A DNA stretch of 64,000 bases from a virus (lineage: Duplodnaviria > Caudoviricetes), in the IMG/VR virus record IMGVR_UViG_2791355019_000001, positions 214 through 64,213 of that record; one strand, written 5' to 3'. The notes under the pieces are model-generated. The model was not told the origin of the DNA. It saw nothing but the letters and a program-made list of their open reading frames with translations, and did not search any database. Positions within the stretch are counted from its first letter, which is position 1; each line of letters opens with the position of its first letter. Positions 43,859 to 53,736 of this stretch are shown here, piece by piece. The position numbers and the translations under genes were made by a program.

Positions 43859-43921
43859 CGATCGCGCCGCGGGGCAGCGCCAGTCGCGGGGAGACTGAGG
43901 ATTTTCAGGAGGAGGGTAACC

Positions 43922-44110
43922 ATGCGTGCATTCTTGATCTTCACTGCAGCACTTTTCAGCTTCATTGTCACGCCGTCGATGGCTGGAGCTCAACCGGCCT
44001 CGATCTCCGAACAGGTGATCCTCGAGCACGGTGGAGGCTGCCGAAAGAGTTCGCCTCCAGGCAAGTGCTGCCACATGGACAACCGCGCGGGCAAAGTTCA
44101 TTGCCATTGA
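43922..44110 (+). CDS. Small secreted His/Cys peptide (YHYH-like)
   Basis: AGGAGGAGG RBS, signal peptide, C-terminal HGGGCRKSSPPGKCCHMDNRAGKVHCH. Confidence 0.7.
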   Translation: MRAFLIFTAALFSFIVTPSMAGAQPASISEQVILEHGGGCRKSSPPGKCCHMDNRAGKVHCH

Positions 44111-44327
44111 TGCAAGAACGGATAAGCCAGCCTCAGACTCCGCCCGTGATCACGATTCCGCAGCCTACACCGACCAGCTGCGGACGACGGCAGACTTATT
44201 ACCTGTGAGCGCCGCCAGATCAACCACCATGGCCGCCTGCGGCGACGGCGTGGTGCGCGAGGCGGTGAAGCGGCGCAAGGGAGGCGAGAATTGACCAATG
44301 CAGCCAACGGCATCGTGGAGTAGCCCC

Positions 44328-44591
44328 ATGCCGCCCATCAACTTCTCCCGCTCCGGGCGCACCGGCCCGTTCGGCAAGCTCACCGCCGAAATCCCCAAGA
44401 TCCGCGTCCCGGACGACACCAAGGACGAGCTCGAGCGCCTTGCCCGGGCGGCCGGCATCACCCTCTCCGAATACCTGCGCGACCTCCTGATGGTCCATGC
44501 GCACGGCGTGGATGTCGTGCGCGCGCTGTACGAAGAGCGCCTGTCGGCCGTCTCCCGCAACCTGGACGACAACGGAAAGATCGCGGGGTGA
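44328..44591 (+). CDS. RHH regulator, paralog of the CII-position gene
   Basis: 44/69 identical residues, ungapped, to the 40598..40858 product; GGAG RBS. Confidence 0.8.
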   Translation: MPPINFSRSGRTGPFGKLTAEIPKIRVPDDTKDELERLARAAGITLSEYLRDLLMVHAHGVDVVRALYEERLSAVSRNLDDNGKIAG

Positions 44592-44663
44592 GATTGCCCC
44601 CCGCTGCGCTGCTGGCGTCTGCCGTGCCGTACCATGACGGCTCCATAACCTGCGGAGTCCATC

Positions 44664-44789
44664 ATGAAACGCATCGCCGCCACGCTCGCCCTGGTTCTCG
44701 CCTCCTCGCTCGCCGCCGCGCACTCGGGCGGCACCAATGCGGCCGGCTGCCACACCGACCACCGCACCGGCGCCTATCACTGTCACTGA
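44664..44789 (+). CDS. 41-aa secreted YHYH-like peptide (absent from the ORF track)
   Basis: GGAG RBS; MKRIAATLALVLASSLAAA-HSGGTNAAGCHTDHRTGAYHCH. Confidence 0.75.
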   Translation: MKRIAATLALVLASSLAAAHSGGTNAAGCHTDHRTGAYHCH

Positions 44790-44971
44790 GGAGCGTCGAT
44801 GTCCTTGCATGCGAGGCCCGATTCCCGAACGACCCCATCCAAGGTAGCCGAACTCATTGCCTGCACGCGAGCAAGCGCTTCGGCTTCCGATGAAGCCGTT
44901 ACGACGAACGAAAACAGACGGCCGCCGAACTCATAGGTAAATCCATAATTTTCAAAGGTAATATCATTCAT
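44783..44971 (-). CDS. Small hypothetical protein
   Basis: MNDITFENYGFTYEFGGRLFSFVVTASSEAEALARVQAM; protein-like beta-beta-alpha composition. Confidence 0.45.
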   Translation of the reverse strand: MNDITFENYGFTYEFGGRLFSFVVTASSEAEALARVQAMSSATLDGVVRESGLACKDIDAPQ

Positions 44972-45161
44972 GGCAACGGTCACCTATCCATGCTATTGGC
45001 AAAAAAAGGACAACAAAGGTCAGTGGTACTGGATCTACTACGCAAAGAACGGCGAGGAGATTGCTCGGAGTAGCGAGAGCTACGTGAACCGCTCCGACTG
45101 CGCCAATTCGATCGCGCTGGTGCAGAACTCCTCGGGCCACAAGATCTACTACACCGAGTAA
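44970..45161 (+). CDS. YegP/DUF1508-family protein
   Basis: KDNKGQWYW...AKNGEEIARSSESYVNRSDCANSIALV. Confidence 0.8.
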   Translation: MATVTYPCYWQKKDNKGQWYWIYYAKNGEEIARSSESYVNRSDCANSIALVQNSSGHKIYYTE

Positions 45162-45242
45162 CAAGGAGTCCGAAATGGCCATTGGACACAGGAGGCATTC
45201 CCGATGTCTGTCCTTTTTCATGGCAATGGCCACCTATCCGAC

Positions 45243-45266
45243 AAGCCGCCCTTGAGGCGGCTTTTT
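45243..45266 (+). terminator. Intrinsic terminator
   Basis: AAGCCGCC-CTTGA-GGCGGCTTTTT. Confidence 0.8.
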
Positions 45267-45465
45267 CACGTATTCGCCTCATGGGCAGAGGCGACAGGGA
45301 GGGATGGCGGCATGCCTGCGTGATTCGGCAGCCGCCCCGTTACGGCGGCACATGCTGCCCCCCTCCCCTGCCTCCCGGAGTAGCAGGCTCCGGGTACAAC
45401 ACCGCCGATTACAGATCACCGTAACCGCCGGGCGCCTGGCGGTTGCTTTAACTGGAAAACGCCCC

Positions 45466-45552
45466 ATGTTCAAAGTAACCGTCCAGCTCAGCTTGAGCTA
45501 CCAGCAGGCCCTGCGCATCATCTGGGTCCTGCTCATGCTCTTGCTGGGTTAG
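45466..45552 (+). CDS. 28-aa hydrophobic peptide
   Basis: MFKVTVQLSLSYQQALRIIWVLLMLLLG, flanked by hairpins. Confidence 0.4.
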   Translation: MFKVTVQLSLSYQQALRIIWVLLMLLLG

Positions 45553-45822
45553 CAACACCCCGGCCCCGAAAGGGGTCGGGCCCATCCACCACGCCTGACG
45601 GCGTCATGAATCCTGGTCCTCGTCGCCCCGGCTGATCTGCACCTGGATGCGCACGCACCCGGCAGCCCAGCCAACCCACCCCAGCGCAACGAGCAACACG
45701 GCCCCCAGGCCGATCCACCTCAAAACCTCGTCCATTCCGGCTCCAGCCTCGGCCTGCGGCCTCGATCACGTTTCCCCCGGTCGGCCTCCGCCTCCGGGGT
45801 GGGGTCATTATTGCACGAAAAA

Positions 45823-45864
45823 TTAGGCATGCCTATTGACGCAACGTTTAGGCGCGCCTAATAT
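45823..45864 (+). promoter_or_regulatory. OL operators and PL promoter
   Basis: TTAGGCATGCCTAT (45823-36) and TTAGGCGCGCCTAA (45848-61) share the OR consensus; TTGACG-N17-TAATAT. Confidence 0.85.
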
Positions 45865-45969
45865 CACCCCATCGCCACTCGCTGAGGCGGCCCCGCTCAC
45901 CGGGCCAAGTCTGGAAAGCCGGTATCTCCGGCAGCGGGCGGCGACACCGCAAACCCACCTGGAGCAGCC

Positions 45970-46185
45970 ATGACCCAGACCGTCAGCGAACAGCTAGCCC
46001 TCGAGCGACTGGCCCGCAAGCACGAGCGCCACCTCAAGTTCGCCCGCCACTCGCCGCGAGAGCAGCGCTTCCTGCCCTTCGTTGAGGACAGCCGGATCCC
46101 CGAGATTCGGGATGCGGTAATCGGCGCGGTGGCGTTCTTCGGCCTCATCGGTGCGCTGGCGACGATGCCCTGGTGGATGCCGTGA
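45970..46185 (+). CDS. Small early protein with C-terminal TM
   Basis: GGAG RBS; first ORF after PL. Confidence 0.55.
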   Translation: MTQTVSEQLALERLARKHERHLKFARHSPREQRFLPFVEDSRIPEIRDAVIGAVAFFGLIGALATMPWWMP

Positions 46186-46216
46186 TTTTCGATCGATACA
46201 TGGAGACCTTGCAGGC

Positions 46217-47035
46217 ATGAATGCACCCGAAAAACTCGACCTCGTGTCGATCCGCGCCAGCTCACTGGCTGAGCTTTTCGACTGCCCGGCACGATGGGCC
46301 GCCAAGCACATCGATGGAAAGCGCTTACCGCGCTCTGCTGCAGCGCAGCTCGGCACCGCGGTTCACGCCAGCACCGCGGTCTATGACGCCTCGCGCCTCA
46401 CTGGCGGTCGCCCCGTGACCGCCGATGACGCTGCAGGAGCACTGGTCGATGCCATCCGCCACCCCGAGGAAGACGTCGAATGGGAAGACACCAAGCCGCA
46501 AGAGGCCGAACGCATCGGCCTATCGCTGCACGCCCGGTACTGCGCCGAAATCGCGCCGCAGCAGAAGTACCTGGGCGTTGAAGTGGCGTGCGAGCGGCTT
46601 GAAATCCCGGACCTTGGCATCGCGCTGACCGGCACCACCGACCGTGTGCGCGAAACCGCCGACGGCCAGATCGGCATCGCGGACCTGAAAACCGGCGGCC
46701 GAGCAGTGGGTGCAGACGGCACCGTCACCACCGCAGGCCACGGCCCGCAGATGGGCGTCTATGAGCTGCTGGCCGAGCAGGTCATCGGTCGCGCGATCAC
46801 CGCCCCGGCGCAGATCGTCGGCTTGAACACCGGCAAGACCGCCGCAGCGCAGCGTGTCGGCACCGGCGAGATCGAAGGCGCCCGCGCCGCGCTCGTCGGC
46901 ACAGCCGAGCAGCCCGGCATGCTCGAGCACGCCAGCCGAATCATCCACTCGGGCCTGTTCTTCGGCAACAGCAAATCCGTGCTGTGCAGCCCGAAGTTTT
47001 GCCCGGCGCATCCGACGTGCCGTTTCAAGGGCTAA
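46217..47035 (+). CDS. PD-(D/E)XK RecB/Cas4-like exonuclease
   Basis: SSL..DCPARW, LGTAVH, LTGTTD..IADLKTG, QMGVY, C-terminal CSPKFCPAHPTC. Confidence 0.85.
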   Translation: MNAPEKLDLVSIRASSLAELFDCPARWAAKHIDGKRLPRSAAAQLGTAVHASTAVYDASRLTGGRPVTADDAAGALVDAIRHPEEDVEWEDTKPQEAERIGLSLHARYCAEIAPQQKYLGVEVACERLEIPDLGIALTGTTDRVRETADGQIGIADLKTGGRAVGADGTVTTAGHGPQMGVYELLAEQVIGRAITAPAQIVGLNTGKTAAAQRVGTGEIEGARAALVGTAEQPGMLEHASRIIHSGLFFGNSKSVLCSPKFCPAHPTCRFKG

Positions 47036-47038
47036 GTC

Positions 47039-47599
47039 ATGACGAACGATCACGAGCGCTGGGAACCGGTGGCCGGCTTTGAAGGGCTCTACGACGTCAG
47101 TTTCTCCGGCCGCGTTCGCAACGCCCGGAGTCTGCGTGTCCTCAAACCCAAGAGCGCAGGGGCCGGCTATTCACAGGTTTGCCTTGGTGCGGGGAACTAC
47201 CGGTACGTGCACCGGCTTGTTGCGGATGCCTTCCATCCCAATCCGGACGGACTTCCTCAGGTGAATCACCTCGATGGCGACAAGCGCAACAACGCCGCCG
47301 ACAACCTCGAATGGTGCAGCCGCTCAGCGAATCTCCGTCACGCCTACAACGCCGGCCTGCTCAAGACGACCGCGTGCATGAACCCACGCAGGGGCGCCGC
47401 GCATCACCGCAGCCGCCGGGTCTGCATGCGCAGCGAAGCGGGCCACATCCGGATCACCTACGGGTCGATCTGCGAGGCGTCACGCGAAACAGGAATCAAC
47501 TTCTCGTCCATCCATGGCGCAGCGCACGGCAAGTTTCAGCAGGCCGGCGGCTGGCACTGGGAATTTGAACCGCAAGGAGAAACACATGAACGCCCCTAA
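47039..47599 (+). CDS. NUMOD4-HNH homing endonuclease
   Basis: WEPVAGFEGLYDVSFSGRVR (NUMOD4); VHRLVA..VNHLDGDKRNN..NLEWC; NUMOD1-like tail. Confidence 0.9.
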   Translation: MTNDHERWEPVAGFEGLYDVSFSGRVRNARSLRVLKPKSAGAGYSQVCLGAGNYRYVHRLVADAFHPNPDGLPQVNHLDGDKRNNAADNLEWCSRSANLRHAYNAGLLKTTACMNPRRGAAHHRSRRVCMRSEAGHIRITYGSICEASRETGINFSSIHGAAHGKFQQAGGWHWEFEPQGETHERP

Positions 47600-48593
47600 T
47601 TCCACCAGTCTTTCCGCCCTTCGTGCGCCACAAGAGGCCAGCATGCCGCCGGTGCGCGCTGGCTTCTTCGACCTGCAGAGCTTCGAGCTCATGCAGCGCG
47701 TCTCCAAGGCATTTTCCGCGTCGGATCTGGTGCCGCAGCAGTACCGCGGCTCCGACAAGATCGCCAACTGCATGATCGCCATGGACATGGCGCAGCGCAT
47801 GGGCGCCAACCCGCTCATGGTGATGCAGAACTTGTACATCGTGCATGGCACGCCGAGTTGGTCGAGCAAGTTCCTGATCGCCACGATCAATGCGTCGGGC
47901 CGCTACTCGTCGCTGCGCTACGAGTGGAAGGGCGAGCCGGGCAAGCCGGATTTCGGCTGCCGTGCATGGGCTGTTGAGCGCGAGACCGGCGAACGCCTCG
48001 ACGGCATCTGGGTGACGTGGGAGATGGTGAACGCCGAGGGCTGGAGCAAGAAGAATGGCTCCAAGTGGCTGACCATGCCGGACCAGATGTTCGTCTATCG
48101 CGCCGCAGCGTTCTGGCAGCGTGCCTATGCCCCCGAGCTTGGCATGGGCCTGCAGACAGTCGAAGACGTGCACGACGGCCTTGTTCTGGAGCGCCAGGTT
48201 GATGGGACGTTCGCCGTCAGCATGGACGATCTGCGCGCACCACCGCCCGCAGCACAGCCCAAGCTGGAAGAGCGTCAGCCCACGACCGTTCCGCAGGCGA
48301 CCCGCGCCGCCGAACACGTCGATGCCGAGACCGGCGAGATCCGCGAGCCGCAGCAACACCGCCAGGCTGAGCCGCAGTCTGGCCCGGGCTTCGCAGACGC
48401 GCACGCTGCGGTGCGCTCGGGTGACTTCGACCTCGCACGAGACATCGCCCGTTCCCTCCCCGAACAGCAGCGCCAGCAGATCGAGGCCGCGATCGCCAAC
48501 CTGTCACCGGCAGCCGGAGAGAGCGAGAACCCCGCGCCGCAAGCGCAGCCCGCCCGCCGCGGCCGCGGCCAGGGTGGCCTGGGCCTCGAGTAA
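47586..48593 (+). CDS. RecT-like single-strand annealing protein
   Basis: SDLVPQQYRG..NCMIAMDMAQRMGANPLMVMQNLYIVHGTPSW..WLTMPDQMFVYRAAAFW; paired with the exonuclease. Confidence 0.75.
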   Translation: MNAPNSTSLSALRAPQEASMPPVRAGFFDLQSFELMQRVSKAFSASDLVPQQYRGSDKIANCMIAMDMAQRMGANPLMVMQNLYIVHGTPSWSSKFLIATINASGRYSSLRYEWKGEPGKPDFGCRAWAVERETGERLDGIWVTWEMVNAEGWSKKNGSKWLTMPDQMFVYRAAAFWQRAYAPELGMGLQTVEDVHDGLVLERQVDGTFAVSMDDLRAPPPAAQPKLEERQPTTVPQATRAAEHVDAETGEIREPQQHRQAEPQSGPGFADAHAAVRSGDFDLARDIARSLPEQQRQQIEAAIANLSPAAGESENPAPQAQPARRGRGQGGLGLE

Positions 48594-48672
48594 CCGATCA
48601 ACGGGGCGAAGCCGGCCATCCTCCCCTGCCCGATCTACAGGCCAGCCGAGCCCCGCCTACACCGAGAACACC

Positions 48673-48873
48673 GTGAGCGACACCGTTCAAGACCACTACA
48701 CCGAAGACGACTTCGAATCCCTGCTCGACGACGCGGAAAGCAACGCCGCCAACGACTGGGAAGAGGGGTTCGTCGCCGACATGAAGGCGCGCTTTCAGCA
48801 GTACGGCAAGCGCATGTACATCAGCGCCGCGCAGCGTTCGCACCTCGAGCGCATCGCGGACGACGAGGGCTGA
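48673..48873 (+). CDS. Small acidic hypothetical protein
   Basis: GTG start; DWEEGFVADMKARFQQYG..ISAAQ..LERIA. Confidence 0.55.
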   Translation: MSDTVQDHYTEDDFESLLDDAESNAANDWEEGFVADMKARFQQYGKRMYISAAQRSHLERIADDEG

Positions 48874-48876
48874 CCC

Positions 48877-50133
48877 ATGATCCGCAACATCGTTGCCTAC
48901 CCGCTCCCGCGCGGCTGGCCGCACCTCGCTCATGAAACGGCGGCACTGCTATCCCGCCGCGAGTTCCAGGGCTGCGGTGCCCTAGATACTGCTCACGCCG
49001 GCTTCGTGCCGCCGCGCGACGACGCTGCGCTGTGCGAAGCCATCGCCGGACGTTATCTGTTCTGCCACCAGCATGAAGAGAAGATCCTGCCCGCCTCCGT
49101 CGTCAACGAGTACGTCGAGATCAAGTGCGAGGAGATCGAGCAGCAGCAGGGCTACAAGCTCGGTCGCAAGCAGCGCACGATGGTCAAGGAAGAGGTCGTC
49201 ACCGAACTTCTGCCGCAGGCCTTTACCAAGAAGCGCCGCACGCTCGCATGGATCAACAGCGAGCGCGGGTGGTTGATCATCGAGGCCACGAGCACCAAGC
49301 GTGCTGAGGACGTGCTCGAAGATATGCGCCACGCCCTCGACACCGTGCCTGCAGGGCTACTCAGCACCGAAGTGAATCCTGCTCGCGCGATGCTTCGCTG
49401 GCTAGCCGATCAGGAGGCGCCGGATCGCTTCACCATCGACTCGGATTGCGAGCTCGTCTCCTTCGCAGAGGATGAGGGTGTCGTTCGGTACACGAACTGG
49501 GATCTCGCCGGCGAAGACATCCAGCACCAGATCTCCATCGGCCGCGCGCCTACCCTGCTCGGGCTGACGTTCGATGATCGCGTCAGCTTCATCATGACGA
49601 ACCGGCTCGAGCTCAAGCGGATTCTCCTGCTGGACATTGTCACCGCCGGACAAGAAGAGGCGGACGACGCGATCGCCAAGTTCGACGCCGATTTCACTCT
49701 GGTCGCCGCCGAGATTGAGGGCGTACTGGAAGCGCTGGTCGACGAGTTGGGCGGGCTGGCGAAAAAGGGTGATCCAGATCTCGTCGACATGGGCAACGGC
49801 GGCGCAGAGCCTGGCCGTAGCACTGGTGATCTACGTCGTGAAGTGCGTTCGGCGTTCGAAAAGCTGGCCGAGGGGGTCGCGGCCCATGGCGGCAGCATGA
49901 CGATCAGCACCGGAGACGACCAGGTCATCGTTGGCGTGGGCAACGACCTCGACCCGCTATACCACGACGCAAAACGCATCGTGATCGAACAGGGCCGCCC
50001 CTCCATCTCCCTGGTCCAGCGCCACCTGCGCATCGGCTACAACCGCGCCGCGCGCCTCATCGAGCAGATGGAGACCGACGGCCTCGTCTCCGCGATGCGG
50101 GCCGACGGCACTCGTGAGGTGCTCGCAGCATGA
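48877..50133 (+). CDS. rdgC: RdgC-family protein fused to an FtsK gamma domain
   Basis: [24 protein letters not shown] (RdgC); [42 protein letters not shown] (FtsK gamma). Confidence 0.85.
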   Translation: MIRNIVAYPLPRGWPHLAHETAALLSRREFQGCGALDTAHAGFVPPRDDAALCEAIAGRYLFCHQHEEKILPASVVNEYVEIKCEEIEQQQGYKLGRKQRTMVKEEVVTELLPQAFTKKRRTLAWINSERGWLIIEATSTKRAEDVLEDMRHALDTVPAGLLSTEVNPARAMLRWLADQEAPDRFTIDSDCELVSFAEDEGVVRYTNWDLAGEDIQHQISIGRAPTLLGLTFDDRVSFIMTNRLELKRILLLDIVTAGQEEADDAIAKFDADFTLVAAEIEGVLEALVDELGGLAKKGDPDLVDMGNGGAEPGRSTGDLRREVRSAFEKLAEGVAAHGGSMTISTGDDQVIVGVGNDLDPLYHDAKRIVIEQGRPSISLVQRHLRIGYNRAARLIEQMETDGLVSAMRADGTREVLAA

Positions 50134-51941
50134 AACTCCACTCCATCCACGCCGACGGCTTCCTCGGCGCGCGCACGATCGACCTGCCGCTCATCGAGCC
50201 GATCACTCTGGTCGCCGGCCAGAACGGTGCCGGCAAGAGCAGCCTTAAGGACGCCATCAGCTTTGCCCTGGTCGCCGACCTGTGCCGCGTCAGTAAGAAA
50301 GGCGACGCCGAAACCCTCATCAGCGAGGGGGCCTCCGCCGCCCGGGTGTTCGTCCAGACCGACACCAGCGATTTCGAAGTGCACATCAGCAAGGCCGGCA
50401 AAATCACCGATCACGCCTCCGGCCGTGAGCCGCACGCGGCCCTGCCCTTCGTCCTGGACCCTGCCCGCTTCGCGCAGCTCGCCGAGGCCGACCGCCGCAT
50501 CATGCTCTTCGGCCTGCTGGGTATCGAGACAAGCCACAAGGCCATCGGCGAGCGCATGACCCGGCGCGGCCTGAGCGCGGAGAAGATCGCCGCGGTGCTC
50601 CCGCTGCTGCGCGCCGGCTTTTCCGCCGGCGAGAAGCACGCCAAGGAACTGGCATCCCAGGCCCGCGGCGCGTGGAAGGCGGTCACCGGCGAACCCTACG
50701 GCGACAAGAAGGCCGAAGGCTGGGAGCCGCCGCCGGTCGCAGCGCTGGCAGGGGACCCCTCCGCTCTGGCTGAGAACGCGGAAGCACGTGCGCACGAGTT
50801 CGCTCAGCAGGTTTCCGATCTGCAGCAGGATCTCGGCGCCGCTCGCGCAACGCGGGAGGCGGCTCAGCAGCGCGCGGTCCGTATCGAGCGTCTGCGTGAT
50901 CAAGCCGGCATGGTCGAGCGCATCAAGAGCCGGCTGGCTACCGCCGAGGAAAACATTTCCCACTGCAAGGCGCAGCTCACCGCCGCCGGCAGCGAAGATC
51001 CGAAGGCGCCGGGCAGCTACCTGCTGCGCGGTATGGCGAGCACCCTTGGCGAGTTCGTCGAGATCGCAGACGACGCGGGAATCGACGCCAGCCTCACCAA
51101 CCGCGCACGCACCCACCTCGCCGAGTACCGCAAGCTGCACGGCGACCCCAACGCTAAGCCCGCCGATCCGGCACGCCTGGCGGAGATTCGCCATGCCCTC
51201 CAGACGGCCGAGTCTGGCGCGGCGAACGCCCGCAGGGATCTCGCTGCCGCCGAAGCCGCCGGTGCTGAGCTTGAAGATCTCGAAAAAGCCGCGCAGGCCG
51301 AGACCCCGAAGACCGGCGACATCGAGACTCGACTAGCCGATGCCCAGCGCCGCCTCGCGGACTGGCAGACGGACGCCCGCAAATACCGCGACGCTACCGG
51401 CGCCGCAGAGCGTCGCACGCAGCAGATCGCCAGCGCTGCAGCGCATCACGCCGACGTGCAGCAGTGGTCCGCGATCGCCGATGCGCTGAGCCCGAACGGG
51501 ATCCAGGCTGAAATGATCGCCGAGGCGCTCGGTCCGCTGAACGCGCGCCTTGCCGAACATGCTGCACTCGCGCAGTGGCAGCCGCCGCGCATCGGAGCCG
51601 ACATGGCCATCACCGTCGGCGGCCGGCTCTACCCGCTGTTGTCGGAGAGCGAGCGCTGGCGCGCCGACGCGCTGCTCGCGGTAACGATCGCCCAACTGTC
51701 CGGCCTTCGGCTGGTCGTGCTCGACCGCCTGGACGTACTCGACACCGCCGGTCGAGAAGACGCGCTGTTCTGGCTCTCCGATGTGGCCGAGACCGGGCAG
51801 ATCGACACCGCAATCATTCTCGCCACGCTGAAGGCCGCGCCCCCGGCCAAGGCCTTGCCGCCGCACATCGCAAGCCACTGGATCGAGCACGGAACCCTGA
51901 TCGCCACCCACACCAACCAGCAAGACCTGGAGGCAGCATGA
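50130..51941 (+). CDS. SMC/SbcC-like ATPase
   Basis: GQNGAGKSS Walker A, long coiled coil, LSESE signature, [10 protein letters not shown] Walker B. Confidence 0.85.
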   Translation: MKLHSIHADGFLGARTIDLPLIEPITLVAGQNGAGKSSLKDAISFALVADLCRVSKKGDAETLISEGASAARVFVQTDTSDFEVHISKAGKITDHASGREPHAALPFVLDPARFAQLAEADRRIMLFGLLGIETSHKAIGERMTRRGLSAEKIAAVLPLLRAGFSAGEKHAKELASQARGAWKAVTGEPYGDKKAEGWEPPPVAALAGDPSALAENAEARAHEFAQQVSDLQQDLGAARATREAAQQRAVRIERLRDQAGMVERIKSRLATAEENISHCKAQLTAAGSEDPKAPGSYLLRGMASTLGEFVEIADDAGIDASLTNRARTHLAEYRKLHGDPNAKPADPARLAEIRHALQTAESGAANARRDLAAAEAAGAELEDLEKAAQAETPKTGDIETRLADAQRRLADWQTDARKYRDATGAAERRTQQIASAAAHHADVQQWSAIADALSPNGIQAEMIAEALGPLNARLAEHAALAQWQPPRIGADMAITVGGRLYPLLSESERWRADALLAVTIAQLSGLRLVVLDRLDVLDTAGREDALFWLSDVAETGQIDTAIILATLKAAPPAKALPPHIASHWIEHGTLIATHTNQQDLEAA

Positions 51942-52564
51942 AGCCCATCCTCTTCTACGACACCGAGACAACCGGCCTGCCCGACTTCAAGGCCCCGTCC
52001 GAAGCGCCTCACCAACCCCACATCGTCCAGCTCGCCGCCCTGCTGGTCGATCCCGATTCACGCCAGACCATCGCCAGCATGGACGTGATCGTGCGCCCCG
52101 ATGGCTGGACGATTCCCGCCGAAGTCGCGGAGGTGCACGGCATCACGACCGAGCGCGCAATCACCGTCGGCGTGTCCGAAAGCACTGCGCTCGGGCTGTT
52201 CCTTGACCTGTGGCACGCCGCCGATTTTCGCGTCGGGCACAACGAGAGCTTCGATGCCAGAATCGTCCGCATCGCCCAACACCGCTTCGAATGCGGCGAA
52301 CTCGACGTCTGGAAGGAAGGCCGCGCCGAGTGCACCGCCCGCCTGGCCACGTCGATCTGCGCAATCCCGCCCACCGATCGCATGCGCGCCGCCGGTCGAT
52401 TCCATCACAAAACCCCGAACCTCGTGGAAGCCTACCGCCACTTCACCGGTCGCGACCTGGATAACGCTCACAGCGCAATGGCCGATGTGCAGGCCTGCCG
52501 CGACGTCTACTTCGCAATCCAAGACAAAAGGAACGCAGAAGCCAGCGAGGGGACCGCATCGTGA
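51938..52564 (+). CDS. DEDDh 3'-5' exonuclease (DnaQ-like)
   Basis: FYDTETTG, VHGIT, GHNESFD, AHSAMADV. Confidence 0.9.
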   Translation: MKPILFYDTETTGLPDFKAPSEAPHQPHIVQLAALLVDPDSRQTIASMDVIVRPDGWTIPAEVAEVHGITTERAITVGVSESTALGLFLDLWHAADFRVGHNESFDARIVRIAQHRFECGELDVWKEGRAECTARLATSICAIPPTDRMRAAGRFHHKTPNLVEAYRHFTGRDLDNAHSAMADVQACRDVYFAIQDKRNAEASEGTAS

Positions 52565-53736
52565 AAGCCCGCGACAACCTCCCTCTGCGCGACCAGATCG
52601 TCGCCTTCTTGAAGGCTCGCAACGAGGCCACGCTCAAGCAGATCACCGCGTCGACCACCGAGCGCGACTTCCCGTCGCGCGTAACGGGCGAACTGAACAA
52701 GATGCGGACCGACGCCCTGGTCGAGTGCGAAAAGAAGAAGGGCAAAAACGAGCTGTGGTACTGGCTCGCCGCGCCCGCCAATGCGGTGATGCAAGACGCC
52801 CAGCCGGCGGTGGCGAAAAACACCGGCAGCAGCGCATTGGACCCTCTGTCTCCCTCCGAGGGCGCTGCCGTCCAACCAAAGCCTGCGCCGGTCGCTGTCG
52901 CCTCTACTTCGACGGCGCCGGCTGCGGTTCTGCTCGGCGTGCTCGCCGACATCCGCGCCGCAATCGGCGACAGCGGGCAGATCATGCTCGGCGGGCTGGC
53001 CGAGCACATCCGCGCCATCCACGACCTCGGCGAGGCGCACAGGCGGGCATGCATTCTGTGGGAGCGGTCGATGATGGACGCCGTCGGCGAGGACGGCGTC
53101 GGCGATGTCGTTACGGCAATCGGCAAGCTGAAGGATGACCTGCGCGACGCGCACCTGGAGCTCGCCGTGATCCGCGAGTTGCTCGCCGAGCGCATCGGCG
53201 GCGAGATCGACCCGAGCGACATGAGCGAGAGCGAAATCGCCCGCGCCGCGGCGCAGGTGATCGACCGGCACGACGACGAGCTTGTCGAGCAGGCGAAGAC
53301 GATCATTGACCTGCACGGCCAGCTCGACACCATTGCCGCAGCGCTCCCCGACGCGCGCTACATGGACCCGCCTGACGGCGGCAGCGTGACGCTTGCCGAG
53401 CAGGTCGCGCGCATGCGTGCCGACCTCGCGAACGCCGCCGCCCTGAACACGAAGCTCGAGCACCTCCTCGGCGTCGAGCGCACCGCGAACGAGGCCCTGC
53501 GCGAGCAGATCGACCACATCACGCACGGCGGCGAGCCGGAGATCGACGGGACCCTCATCGACGGCTACGCCGTGGTTGTGCCGAAGCGGCCGATGCGCCG
53601 TTTCACGGGGCACGACAGCGCCGTGGCCGCGGCGATGGCGGCCGCACGCAACGGCAGCGGGCGCGGCGACGTCTTCGCGCTGGTGCCGGTCGGCCGCGCC
53701 GTGCGCGGCGCTGAATGGAAGGGGGCGGGCAGATGA
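52561..53736 (+). CDS. Hypothetical protein (N-terminal wHTH-like, coiled coil)
   Basis: Coupled GTGA/ATGA overlaps; YMDPPDGGSV motif. Confidence 0.6.
   Translation: MKARDNLPLRDQIVAFLKARNEATLKQITASTTERDFPSRVTGELNKMRTDALVECEKKKGKNELWYWLAAPANAVMQDAQPAVAKNTGSSALDPLSPSEGAAVQPKPAPVAVASTSTAPAAVLLGVLADIRAAIGDSGQIMLGGLAEHIRAIHDLGEAHRRACILWERSMMDAVGEDGVGDVVTAIGKLKDDLRDAHLELAVIRELLAERIGGEIDPSDMSESEIARAAAQVIDRHDDELVEQAKTIIDLHGQLDTIAAALPDARYMDPPDGGSVTLAEQVARMRADLANAAALNTKLEHLLGVERTANEALREQIDHITHGGEPEIDGTLIDGYAVVVPKRPMRRFTGHDSAVAAAMAAARNGSGRGDVFALVPVGRAVRGAEWKGAGR

Noticed and set aside
45533-45808. 91-aa minus-strand ORF upstream of PL
   Set aside because: Low-complexity Arg/Gly/Pro composition with no motif; probably non-coding
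46217-47035. Cas4 / CRISPR association
   Set aside because: No array or other cas genes; the context is a phage exonuclease-recombinase module
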